Source: an uncultured Candidatus Saccharibacteria bacterium (lineage in GTDB: Bacteria > Patescibacteriota > Minisyncoccia > Phycocordibacterales > SBAW01). Taken from it: a stretch of 64,000 nucleotides of DNA. A model generated the notes under the pieces. That model was not told the origin of the DNA, made no database searches, and saw only the letters and a list, made by a program, of their open reading frames with translations. How positions within the stretch are numbered: the first letter of the stretch is position 1; each line of letters starts with the position of its first letter. The position numbers and the translations under genes are program-made. The stretch spans positions 74,121 through 138,120 of the forward strand of contig CAYQPO010000002.1 in assembly GCA_964420015.1 (NCBI GenBank), in the 5' to 3' direction. Shown piece by piece: positions 55,331-64,000 of the stretch.

Positions 55331-55750
55331 ATGGAGATAAATTATGTCGCGGTGCTGGTTGCTGCGGTCGTGTGCTACTTAGTGGGCTGGGCGTGGTACT
55401 CGCCCTTGTTGTTTGTAAAGCCGTGGCTGCGCGCGCGGGGCAAAGACGCCGATGCGGTGATGGCTCAAATGAAGAACATGCAGATGCCGATGGACAAGAT
55501 GCTCATTGAGCTCGTGACCACGGTGGTCTTTGCCTTTTTAGTTGGACACATAACGGTCGTCTGGTTTGGAGTTGCCACAATACAGAGCGCGATTCATCTT
55601 AGTTTGTGGTTGTGGGTTACCTTCTTTGCCGTGCCGCTTATTGGCGCAGTGATGTGGGAAGACATGCGCTGGCAGCATTTTGCCATTACTGCGGGGCGCT
55701 GGCTGGTGAGTCTGCTTATCATCACCATCATCACGGGGCTTTGGCACTAG
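55331..55750 (+). CDS. Membrane protein (DUF1761-like, 4 TM)
   Basis: Internal Met preceded by the promoter at 55269. Hydrophobic profile. Confidence 0.5.
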   Translation: MEINYVAVLVAAVVCYLVGWAWYSPLLFVKPWLRARGKDADAVMAQMKNMQMPMDKMLIELVTTVVFAFLVGHITVVWFGVATIQSAIHLSLWLWVTFFAVPLIGAVMWEDMRWQHFAITAGRWLVSLLIITIITGLWH

Positions 55751-56127
55751 CGCCCACTCCGCAGCAGCTAGTGCGCCGTGCAATCCAAATCGGGGGGACC
55801 ACAGTCACGGTGGAGGTCGCTCAAACTGAGCGCTCGCGCGAGCAGGGGCTCTCGGGTCGCGCCAGCTTAAACTCAAACAGTGGCATGCTGTTTGTGTTCG
55901 ACACGCCGGGGCAGTGGGGGATCTGGATGAAGGAGATGCGTTTCTCGCTCGACATTATTTGGCTCGATGCCCAAGGTACGGTTGTTAGTGCCGACGAACG
56001 AGTCTCACCCGAGACGTATCCAGAGGTGTTTTATCCAACCGAGCTCGCCAGTTTTGTGGTAGAGCTCCCCGTAGGCTTTTTAGCTGAGCATGGGGTTGGT
56101 GTCGGGAGTAGAGTTGATTTTAGGTAG
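55742..56127 (+). CDS. DUF192 (COG1430) family protein; start uncertain (TTG 55742 / GTG ~55772)
   Basis: GTTVTVEVAQTERSREQGLSGRASL...GMLFVFDTPGQWGIWMKEMRFSLDIIWLD matches the DUF192 signature. Confidence 0.55.
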
Positions 56128-56130
56128 GAG

Positions 56131-56160
56131 AAAACCCCGGTTTACCGGGGTCTTCTCGTT
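56131..56160. terminator. Bidirectional terminator (serves DUF192 on the plus strand and rnpB on the minus strand)
   Basis: gagaaaaccccgg-ttta-ccggggtcttctc. Confidence 0.6.
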
Positions 56161-56167
56161 CTGCGCG

Positions 56168-56495
56168 CGCGTCTGTAAGCCGAATTCTGTCCTGCCTGCC
56201 GGCAAGCAGGCGTGAACAATAATTTATCTGGGCCCAGAGTTGCCTCTGGGCTCGAGCGGCACTCCTGATTGCTCAGGCACGGCCTTGCTCGACACCAAGT
56301 ATTTAGCCGTTTCACCCGCACACTTCCTTATTCAGAAGGCCTGCGGCTCGTCTCTGTTCGCAACTCTTACGCCCGCAGAGAGCGTATGACGGGGGTTACC
56401 CGCTGGCGTCTTAACCCTTGCGATATTGCTACCGAGGGTGCGAGTTCGGACTTTCCTCCCCGGGGTTAACCGGAGCTACTGTTCAACGCGCTAAA
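56168..56495 (-). ncRNA. rnpB: RNase P RNA (bacterial type A-like, compact ~330 nt)
   Basis: The minus strand reads ...ccccGGGGAGGAAAGUCCGaacucgcaccc... (P4 5' strand, universally conserved) and near the 3' end ACAGAAUUCGGCUUAcagac (P4 3' strand). P1 is formed by gcgcg/cgcgc at the two ends. A terminator follows. Confidence 0.7.
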
Positions 56496-56624
56496 AGTAT
56501 TGTATCACTTATCCACACTTTTTGCATCCTTTTGAGTGAGGCGGGGGTATAGTTAAGTTAGTCCGTTGTTCGAAAATTATTACTAGCGCAGGGGTATCGT
56601 GCCTCTGTACTTATTGTTATCGCT

Positions 56625-58961
56625 ATGTATACACGACTCGTGTCGTGGTCCAGATACGTGTTCCTCGCGGGCATAGTGCTCGCCTTGGTGCTCGTTATCC
56701 CGACCGCGTGGTTCCCGTTCCAATTATCCAAGGTTGCGGCTTTCGCCACTCTCTTGGCTGTAGCCGCACTACTCTATGTTGTAGGCGGTGGTGCGCGCGA
56801 CCTATGGCGCACCCATGGTCTTTATCCGGCCCTCTTGGTCGGCTTTTTGCCGCTGGTGTATTTGGTCTCATACTTTACCTCTGCCGACCGCTCGATAGGG
56901 TTGATCGGCTACGGGGTCGAGACCGACACGGTGCTCTTTACCTTCCTGCTCGCGCTTAGTTACGTGCTTTCGTTCAATTACTTTAGGACGTTGCGCACTG
57001 CGCGCATGCTCACTATGGTGGTCTTCTGGGCTCTTGTAGCCGCAGCAGCGTTCCAGGGGATCTCGATCCTCTTTGGAAGCTCCGTGATCCCATTCCAGAC
57101 CTTTGCCGATCGCTCAGTCAACCTGGTGGGCAAATGGAACGATCTTGGCTTGCTGTGCAGTTTGTTGGTATTGCTCGTATGCGTGCGTCTCGAATTCTCA
57201 ACGCAAAGTATGGCTTTGCGCGCAGTGAGTTACCTCGGTGCAGCACTCTTGGTAGTGCTCATGGCGTTCGTCAACTTTCCGCTTTCGTGGCAGTTTATGC
57301 TTGCGGGGAGCATCGTGCTCGGCCTTTTGGCGCTGATGCGCCGTCGGCAGGAGCGCCTGCCTGCGCAGGCGGGCGGCGATGCGCCTTTGCGTTGGCGCGC
57401 GGCGACTCCGTGGTTTGCGCTCGCCGGTATCGTTATTTCGATTATCTTCTTACTCTATGGTACGCAAATAAACACCTCACTCACGGGGACATTTCCGGTC
57501 TCTTCGCTCGAGGTGCGCCCCGGTTTGCAGTCGACCTTAGATGTACTGAGCGGTGTGCGCACCAATGTGAGCCGCACGCTGGTCGGCACGGGTCCTAACA
57601 CCTTTGGTGAGGTCTGGCTCGCGCAGAAACCGAGTGCGGTCAACCAAACGCCGTTCTGGAATCTCGACTTCAACGTTGGTTATTCAACACTCGCGACCGC
57701 TTTTGGTACGGTGGGTCTTTTGGGCGCGCTCGCCTGGTTAATTCCGCTTATCCTCATTATTGTTTCGGTCACGCGCGTGATGCGCTTGGGCGTCTTGTCG
57801 CGCGATGAGCGCATGGTGGCGCTCACGCTCAGCGCAGGCAGTATCTTCCTTATTGCAGCGACGGTGTTCTATGTCCCGAGCCAAAATATCATCTTGCTCA
57901 CCTTCGTACTCTCGGGTGCAGCGTTCGGGTTCTTCTCTCGCCAAGGGCGCAGTGCTGTTGATGAGGCACAAGGTTCGACCATGCTCGGAGGTGTCGCGGT
58001 ACTCTGTCTTGCTGCACTGCTTTTGGTGGGGACAATTGGTTTAGCCTATCTTACGACAAGACGCTTTGTAGCCGAGAGCTACGTCGGTTTAGGCCAACAG
58101 GCGCTTGCGGGAGGTGCCGCTACAGAGGCACTTATGTACGCCAGCAAAGCTAACCACGCCGAGCTCACGGCCGACGGCTTGCGCCTGCAAGTAAACGCAG
58201 GGGGCACCAAACTTAACCAAATTGCTCAGGATAAAAGTCTTAAACAAGAAGACGCAACCAAGCAGTTTACCGACACGGTGCAGAGCACCATTACTGCTGG
58301 GCAGGCTGCGGTGGTGCTTACGCCGCGCGACTACCGGCCGTACTTCGCGCTCGCGAGCGTCTACGACCTACTCGCTTCGCTCAACGTCACCGGCGCCTAT
58401 GAGAGCGCTCAAGGCGCCTACCAAGCTGCCCAAACCTTCAACCCCACGAGCCCGGCTATTCCGCTTGCGCTTGCACGGCTCGAGGCGCTACACGGCAACG
58501 CGCAGGGGTTGCAGACCAACCTCTCTAGAGCCTTGACCCTTAAACCCGACTACACCGACGCGATTCTCTTTGTGGTGCAGATAGACGTGGCGCGTAACGA
58601 CCTCAACTCGGCGATCCGCGACACGCAGACAGCAGTCCAGACCGCTCCAGGGGTACCCTCGATCTGGTTTGAGTTGGGCCTCCTGTACTACGCCGGCAAT
58701 GACACCAAAGACGCGGTCCCGGCTCTTGAGCAAGCCTTAAAACTCTCTCCCAACTACGCCAACGCTAAGTACTTCCTCGGGCTCTCGTATTACGCACAAG
58801 GCAACAAAGATGGGTCGCTGCAGCTCTTCCAGCAATTGGCGCAGAGCAACCCCGACAACCAGACAGTCAAAGCGATCCTCGCGAACCTGCAGAGCGGCAA
58901 AGCTCCGCTTACTGGCTTACAGCAGCCCCCGCCGCAGCCGAGCTCTCCCGTGACCCAATAG
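56625..58961 (+). CDS. Large polytopic membrane protein: O-antigen ligase/Wzy-like domain + C-terminal TPR repeats
   Basis: About 12 TM helices in the N-terminal 480 aa. The C-terminal 300 aa have TPR-like repeats (ASVYDLLASLNVTGAYESAQGAYQAAQTFNP..., ...AKYFLGLSYYAQGN...). Confidence 0.6.
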   Translation: MYTRLVSWSRYVFLAGIVLALVLVIPTAWFPFQLSKVAAFATLLAVAALLYVVGGGARDLWRTHGLYPALLVGFLPLVYLVSYFTSADRSIGLIGYGVETDTVLFTFLLALSYVLSFNYFRTLRTARMLTMVVFWALVAAAAFQGISILFGSSVIPFQTFADRSVNLVGKWNDLGLLCSLLVLLVCVRLEFSTQSMALRAVSYLGAALLVVLMAFVNFPLSWQFMLAGSIVLGLLALMRRRQERLPAQAGGDAPLRWRAATPWFALAGIVISIIFLLYGTQINTSLTGTFPVSSLEVRPGLQSTLDVLSGVRTNVSRTLVGTGPNTFGEVWLAQKPSAVNQTPFWNLDFNVGYSTLATAFGTVGLLGALAWLIPLILIIVSVTRVMRLGVLSRDERMVALTLSAGSIFLIAATVFYVPSQNIILLTFVLSGAAFGFFSRQGRSAVDEAQGSTMLGGVAVLCLAALLLVGTIGLAYLTTRRFVAESYVGLGQQALAGGAATEALMYASKANHAELTADGLRLQVNAGGTKLNQIAQDKSLKQEDATKQFTDTVQSTITAGQAAVVLTPRDYRPYFALASVYDLLASLNVTGAYESAQGAYQAAQTFNPTSPAIPLALARLEALHGNAQGLQTNLSRALTLKPDYTDAILFVVQIDVARNDLNSAIRDTQTAVQTAPGVPSIWFELGLLYYAGNDTKDAVPALEQALKLSPNYANAKYFLGLSYYAQGNKDGSLQLFQQLAQSNPDNQTVKAILANLQSGKAPLTGLQQPPPQPSSPVTQ

Positions 58962-59020
58962 TCCCCAGAAAAGCAAAGAAATAAGATGGCATTTGGGCGA
59001 AGCGATGGTATCTTCTCTCT

Positions 59021-60724
59021 ATGAGCCCAAAGCAGCTTGCGTCGCGCGGCATGAAAGCACTCCTGTTTGTCGTCGCTCGCGAGACTCGGGGTATGCACGA
59101 AGCTGCCTACATATTGGCAGCTTTCGCATTGCTTAGTCAGCTGCTCGCCTTGCTACGCGACCGTTTGCTCGCGGGCACCTTTGGCGCTTCGCACACACTC
59201 GACCTTTACTACGCAGCGTTTCGCATCCCGGACTTTTTATTTGCCACAGTGGCCTCACTCTTGTCGCTCTATGCACTTTTGCCCGTGCTCTCGCGGCTCG
59301 AGCGTGAGCACGAAGGGTTGGTGGTGGCGTTTTTACGCGACACGCTGTGGTGGTTTTTTGTGGGGATGGGAGTAGTCTGCGGCGTTGCATGGCTCTTTGC
59401 ACCCGAGCTGGTACACGCGATAGCACCTGGGCTTGAGGGTTCGGGCGAGCTCGTATTGCTTACGCGCATTTTGCTCTTGCAGCCGATATTGCTCGGAGCG
59501 TCAAACATTTTGGCCAACCTTACGCAGCTGCGCGATCGTTTTTTGCTCTATTCAATCTCGCCCTTGCTCTACAATCTCGGGATTATTTTTGGCATCGTAG
59601 CACTCTACCCGATACTTGGCGTGGCGGGGCTAGGGTGGGGAGTAGTGGTGGGAGCATTTTTGCACATGGCAGTGCAGTTGCCGTTTTTTACTCGTGAAAA
59701 AGTTGATCAGAAACTCTCGATGCGTGCATCACTCAACTCGCTCAAAGAAGTGTTGCTGCTCTCTGTACCGCGTACGCTCTCGCTTTCGGCTAATCAGCTC
59801 TCGCTCTTGGTGCTCACTGCGCTCGCCTCGCTCTTGAGCGCCGGCTCGATCTCGGTGTTTATGTTTGCGTGGAACTTGCAAGCCGTGCCACTGACCATTA
59901 TTGGTGTTTCGTACTCAGTCTCGGCTTTTCCGACCCTGTCACGGCTCTTTGCTGGGGGGTACGGCAGCGAATTCACCCTGCACGTAGAGACTGCGCTGCG
60001 CCACATTATGTTTTGGTCTATACCGGCCACAGTGCTTACAATTGTGTTGCGCGCACAACTAGTGCGTGCGATCCTCGGGGCAGGCCTCTTCGACTGGTCA
60101 GCCACACGTTTGGTGGCAGCGGCGCTCGCGCTTCTTATCCTTTCGCTCCTTGCGCAAGCGGTCTCGCTCCTTATCGCGCGCGCGTACTATGCGGCGGGCA
60201 ACACCCGCAAGCCATTCTATTTTGGCTTGATCGATGTGTTTGTTTCTATTGGCAGTGCGATCATACTCGTCTCACTTTTTCACTCCACACCGTTTGCGCG
60301 TTATTTCTTAGAAGCTTTGTTGCGCGTTGCCGACATCCCCGGCACTACAGTGCTTATGTTGGCGCTCGGACTCGCACTCGGTTCGATCGCTGAGGCTATG
60401 GTGGGGTTTTGGTGGTTTGCGCGCGACTTTGCGCTCTCGTGTCGCGGGCTCACCCGACTTGCGTTCCAAAGTTTTGCCGCAGCCATCTTGGGCGGCGCAG
60501 CGGCCTATGTGGTCCTCACCGTGATTGGTGATTTTGTAAACATTAACACTGCGCTTGGGATTTTTGTCCAAGGCACTGTTGCCGGAATAGTGGGGTTGCT
60601 CATCGACGTGTTGGTTCTTGTGTTGCTTAAAAATCCTGAGTTGCAAGAAGTGTTGGGCGCGCTTATACGCCGCTTCCAAGACGCGCCGCCAGTGGCGCTC
60701 GAGCCCACCGACGTACAGTCATAG
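59021..60724 (+). CDS. murJ: Lipid II flippase MurJ (MviN)
   Basis: LRDRLLAGTFGASHTLDLYYAAFRIPDFLF N-terminal signature and 14 TM helices. Confidence 0.85.
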   Translation: MSPKQLASRGMKALLFVVARETRGMHEAAYILAAFALLSQLLALLRDRLLAGTFGASHTLDLYYAAFRIPDFLFATVASLLSLYALLPVLSRLEREHEGLVVAFLRDTLWWFFVGMGVVCGVAWLFAPELVHAIAPGLEGSGELVLLTRILLLQPILLGASNILANLTQLRDRFLLYSISPLLYNLGIIFGIVALYPILGVAGLGWGVVVGAFLHMAVQLPFFTREKVDQKLSMRASLNSLKEVLLLSVPRTLSLSANQLSLLVLTALASLLSAGSISVFMFAWNLQAVPLTIIGVSYSVSAFPTLSRLFAGGYGSEFTLHVETALRHIMFWSIPATVLTIVLRAQLVRAILGAGLFDWSATRLVAAALALLILSLLAQAVSLLIARAYYAAGNTRKPFYFGLIDVFVSIGSAIILVSLFHSTPFARYFLEALLRVADIPGTTVLMLALGLALGSIAEAMVGFWWFARDFALSCRGLTRLAFQSFAAAILGGAAAYVVLTVIGDFVNINTALGIFVQGTVAGIVGLLIDVLVLVLLKNPELQEVLGALIRRFQDAPPVALEPTDVQS

Positions 60725-60764
60725 ATTCCTTTTAAAATGTCACTAAAAATGCTATTTTGATGCG

Positions 60765-62567
60765 GTGAACTATATCCGCAACTTCTCGATCATCGCTCAC
60801 ATCGACCACGGCAAATCGACGCTGGCTGACCGTTTTTTGGAGATTACGCATACCATTGAGGCGCGCAAGATGCGCGAGCAGGTACTCGACTCGATGGACT
60901 TGGAGCGCGAGCGGGGCATCACCATCAAAATGCAACCCGTCAGGATGTTGTGGCGTCCTGACGGCCCCGAGCGAAGCGAGGGGCAAACCTACCAGCTCAA
61001 CCTCATCGACACCCCGGGCCACATCGACTTTAGCTACGAGGTTTCCCGCGCGCTCAGCTGTGTTGAGGGCGCAATTTTGCTTATTGATGCTACGCAGGGT
61101 GTGCAGGCGCAGACGCTTACTACGCTTCGTGCTGCGCGTGAGCACGGGCTGGTGATCATCCCCGCAATCTCCAAAGTAGATTCGCCTCTGGCAAGCGTTG
61201 AGGACACCAAAGAGCAGGTGGCACATTTGCTCGGCGTTGCGCAGAGTGAAATTCTTTTATGTTCTGGCCGCACGGGGCAGGGGGTCGGGGAGTTGCTCAA
61301 GGCAGTAATCGAGCGCATTCCTCCTCCCGCGACTGCAGTTGTTAAAGACGCTCAATCGTTGGTGTTCGATTTTCAATATTCAGATCATCAGGGGGTGATC
61401 GTCTTTTTGCGCATGTTCGGCGGCACAATCAAAAAAGGTGACCAGCTTGAGTTTGCGTTTAGTGGGCGGCGTTTCCAGGCGCTAGAGGTCGGCTCTTTTA
61501 CGCCCAAACCAACGCCCACCGATGTGCTCGTCGAAGGTGAGATCGGCTATGTGGTAACCGGGATCAAAGAGCCGGGTTTTGCCCGTGTGGGCGACACGGT
61601 GCGGGCACAAAAGAGCACCACGCCGCCGCTCCCAGGCTATGCCGAGCCTCGGCCGGTTGTGTGGGCGTCGCTCTACCCAGAATCGCAAGATGACTTTACG
61701 GCGCTTCGCCAAGCACTTTCGCGCTTGCGCCTCTCGGACTCATCGTTGAGCTTCGATGAAGAGTCATCGGGTCTGCTTGGCCGCGGCTTTCGCTGCGGGA
61801 TGCTGGGGATGCTTCACCTCGAGATCGTGACCGAGCGGCTCCGTCGCGAGGCGCATCTTAAGCTCATCGTAACCACCCCGAGCATCGAGTATGAAATCGA
61901 GACCAAAGAGGGTAAGCGCTTTCCGGTTTTCTCTGCGCCGCAATTCCCCGATTATGGGCACATTGCTCGGGTGTGGGAGCCGTTTGTGGAGGTAGAGATA
62001 CTGCTTCCTATGGAGCAAGTGGGCAACACGGTGACACTTTTGTTTGAGCACGAGGCGGTTACCGAAAGTACAGAAAATTTCTCCGAGGGGCGCATCAAAC
62101 TCACGGTCGTGATGCCGCTTAGAGAACTCATGCGCAACTTTTTCGACAAATTAAAGAGTGCAACCTCGGGCTATGCTTCTGTGTCGTATCGCATGCGCGA
62201 GCTACGCTTGGCCGACGTAGCACGCCTCGACATTTTAGTGGCAGAAAAGTTGGTGCCCGCGTTTAGTCGCATTATTGCTAAACATCGGGTGGACGAAGAA
62301 GGGCAGTCAGCAGTAGAAAAGCTCTACACTATCTTGCCTAGGCAAATGTTTACTACCAAGATCCAGGCACAGGCGCTTGGGCGCATCGTCGCCAGCCGCT
62401 CGCTCTCGGCGATGAAAAAGGACGTGACTCAGCATATGTACGGCGGCGACATCACCCGCAAGATGAAACTGCGCGAAAAGCAAAAAAAGGGCAAAAAGAA
62501 GATGCTCGAGCGCGGCAAGGTCAACATCCCCGAGGAAGTGTTTATGAAAATGGTAAAAAGCGAGTAG
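60765..62567 (+). CDS. lepA: Elongation factor 4 (LepA)
   Basis: IRNFSIIAHIDHGKSTLADR, DTPGHIDF, and the LepA-specific C-terminal domain (...GKKKMLERGKVNIPEEVFMKMVKSE). Confidence 0.95.
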   Translation: MNYIRNFSIIAHIDHGKSTLADRFLEITHTIEARKMREQVLDSMDLERERGITIKMQPVRMLWRPDGPERSEGQTYQLNLIDTPGHIDFSYEVSRALSCVEGAILLIDATQGVQAQTLTTLRAAREHGLVIIPAISKVDSPLASVEDTKEQVAHLLGVAQSEILLCSGRTGQGVGELLKAVIERIPPPATAVVKDAQSLVFDFQYSDHQGVIVFLRMFGGTIKKGDQLEFAFSGRRFQALEVGSFTPKPTPTDVLVEGEIGYVVTGIKEPGFARVGDTVRAQKSTTPPLPGYAEPRPVVWASLYPESQDDFTALRQALSRLRLSDSSLSFDEESSGLLGRGFRCGMLGMLHLEIVTERLRREAHLKLIVTTPSIEYEIETKEGKRFPVFSAPQFPDYGHIARVWEPFVEVEILLPMEQVGNTVTLLFEHEAVTESTENFSEGRIKLTVVMPLRELMRNFFDKLKSATSGYASVSYRMRELRLADVARLDILVAEKLVPAFSRIIAKHRVDEEGQSAVEKLYTILPRQMFTTKIQAQALGRIVASRSLSAMKKDVTQHMYGGDITRKMKLREKQKKGKKKMLERGKVNIPEEVFMKMVKSE

Positions 62568-62726
62568 TCTTTACTCTGAGCCTAGTTGAGTGACTAGATC
62601 CTAGAGTGTAAAAGCAAAGGTATAGAGCACCATGGAGAGTATCACCACCACGGCCAAAATGACGCCCCCGACGCGTACCAATCGATCCCTGTTTTTGCCA
62701 AACATGCCTGATAGAATAGCATAGAT

Positions 62727-63116
62727 ATGAGGGAATTTAAAAAACCCGGCCGCCGTGTCCTAGACCCAACCGAGCTCATCAAAAGCGGCGCGTTACTCGT
62801 GCTGCTTTGTGTGTTGGCCTTTTTTGCGGTGCGCGGGGCATTAGGGATGTATAGTAAGTTTGCCGAGGCGGCCGCGGCGCGCTCGTCGGCTGAGAGCGAG
62901 CTTACACAACTACAGCAGCGCTATGGGGTAGTAAAGGCCCAAGTAGAGGAGCTCGGCTCGAGCCGAGGCATAGAGGCCGCGGTGCGCGAGCGCTATGGCT
63001 ATGCTCGCCCGGGCGAAGGTGAGATCGATATTGTCCAACAGGCGAGTACGACCGCACCGAAGCAGGCGCCGCAAAGTTTTTTTGCCAAACTGTGGCGCCT
63101 ACTGTTTGTATGGTAA
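62727..63116 (+). CDS. Septum formation initiator family protein (FtsB/DivIC-like)
   Basis: N-terminal TM followed by the coiled coil AESELTQLQQRYGVVKAQVEEL and ...AVRERYGYARPGEGEI. A TGATAGAAT extended -10 box lies upstream. Confidence 0.65.
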   Translation: MREFKKPGRRVLDPTELIKSGALLVLLCVLAFFAVRGALGMYSKFAEAAAARSSAESELTQLQQRYGVVKAQVEELGSSRGIEAAVRERYGYARPGEGEIDIVQQASTTAPKQAPQSFFAKLWRLLFVW

Positions 63117-63132
63117 ATTGTCTTTTGTTCTT

Positions 63133-63206
63133 GCGGAATTAGTTTAGTGGCAGAACTTCTGCTTCCCAAGCAGGTAGCGCGAGTTCGATTCTCGCATTCC
63201 GCACCA
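63133..63206 (+). tRNA. tRNA-Trp (anticodon CCA), CCA end encoded
   Basis: Acceptor gcggaat/attccgc, anticodon stem ctgct/agcag, loop tcCCAag, T-arm gcgagTTCGATtctcgc. Confidence 0.85.
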
Positions 63207-63210
63207 GGAT

Positions 63211-63489
63211 TTAAAGATACTTTTCTCCATATCGCCGCATGGCGGCTTCGACGGTGCGTAAGCCACGGCCGCGCGCGGTGGCCATGTAGCGGCCTGCGGT
63301 GTTTTTGCGCAGCAAGCCCTCTTTTTCGAGTTTTTTGAGCTTTAGGGTGAGGGTACGAGTCGAAATACCTTCCAGTGAGCGCTCCAGGTCGCAAAACCGC
63401 TGCGGGCCTTCGAGTAGGTCACGGATAATGAGCATCGTCCAGGTGTCGCTTAAGAGCTCAGCGGTTTTTTGTACTGGACAGTCCTCCAT
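63211..63489 (-). CDS. HxlR family transcriptional regulator
   Basis: CPVQKTAELLSDTWTMLIIRDLLEGPQRFCDLERSLEGISTRTLTLKLKKLEKEGLL. Confidence 0.8.
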   Translation of the reverse strand: MEDCPVQKTAELLSDTWTMLIIRDLLEGPQRFCDLERSLEGISTRTLTLKLKKLEKEGLLRKNTAGRYMATARGRGLRTVEAAMRRYGEKYL

Positions 63490-63554
63490 GTCCGCATACT
63501 AGCATGGGGATAAGCACTTTACAATGTAAAGTACTCGTATATACTCTAGGTATA

Positions 63555-64000
63555 TGGATTATACAACCTTGGCAACAGACCAGAGTATTACTAAAACAGT
63601 AGCCGCGCTCAAAGAGCGCAACATCGAGGCGGTGATAGTAGAAACCAAATTTGACGCATTGGAGAAAATCAAAGAATTGATCCCCCAAGGCGCAAGCGTG
63701 ATGAATGGCTCCTCGACCACACTTGAGGAAATAGGATATGTCGATTATCTCAAGGCGGGGCAGCACGGGTGGCAGAATGTACACGAGATGATCTTGAACG
63801 AAAAAGATCCGCAAAAGCAAAATAACTTGCGCCGGCAGGCACTCCTTGCCGACTACTACCTTGGCTCGGTACACGCGCTTGCGCAGACGGGCGAGATGTT
63901 GATCGCCTCCAACTCGGGGAGCCAATTGCCACACATCGTGTACTCTTCGCCGAACGTTATCTTTGTAGTCAGCACACAAAAAATCATGCCGACGATGCCC
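63555..64000 (+). CDS. Conserved protein, C-terminally truncated by the window end (possibly LUD/LutC-like domain)
   Basis: ATG at 63555 (MDYTTLATDQSITKTVAALKERNIEAVIVETKFDALEKI...) with an open frame to position 64000. The assignment is tentative. Confidence 0.4.

Noticed and set aside
62609-62710. Possible 33-aa hydrophobic minus-strand ORF (MFGKNRDRLVRVGGVILAVVVILSMVLYTFAFTL)
   Set aside because: It is too short and has no SD. It overlaps the putative ftsB-like promoter. It cannot be supported without expression data.
63458-63979. 173-aa minus-strand ORF at the window end
   Set aside because: It is antisense to a plus-strand ORF with better coding features (ATG 63555, Lys/Glu-rich conserved-looking N-terminus).

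Overview
This is a gene-dense bacterial chromosomal segment of about 58% GC, with two AT-rich pockets at ~10.0-11.9 kb and ~53.6-55.3 kb. I support about 75 protein genes, five tRNAs (Thr-GGU, Thr-CGU, Gln-CUG, Ser-GGA, Trp-CCA), one tRNA-Gln-like fragment and an RNase P RNA on the minus strand. Recognisable housekeeping genes are prfB, ftsE/ftsX, typA/bipA, lepA, groES/groEL, lexA, rnj (RNase J), secG, murJ, msrB, zupT, lemA/htpX, a DEAD-box helicase, an HhH-GPD glycosylase and an RRM protein. Accessory content includes: a cellulose-synthase-like cluster at the window start; an ECF sigma/anti-sigma locus tied to MacAB-like and RND efflux pumps through a recurring Gly/Thr-rich beta domain; a sortase with an LPNTG substrate; hicAB next to tRNA-Ser beside an AT-rich mini-island; an AT-rich two-gene cassette (HExxH protein plus P-loop kinase); a tRNA-Gln locus with two GIY-YIG genes and a pseudo-tRNA; and an array of small genes each carrying a repeated terminator-promoter-RBS cassette. 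The genetic code looks standard (tRNA-Trp CCA and RF2 present). Sortase and tripartite pumps without an outer-membrane factor suggest a monoderm or CPR/Patescibacteria-like organism, but lineage cannot be fixed from sequence alone. All calls rest on reading the sequence and motif recall; no searches were run. Coordinates of RNA features may be off by 1-2 nt.
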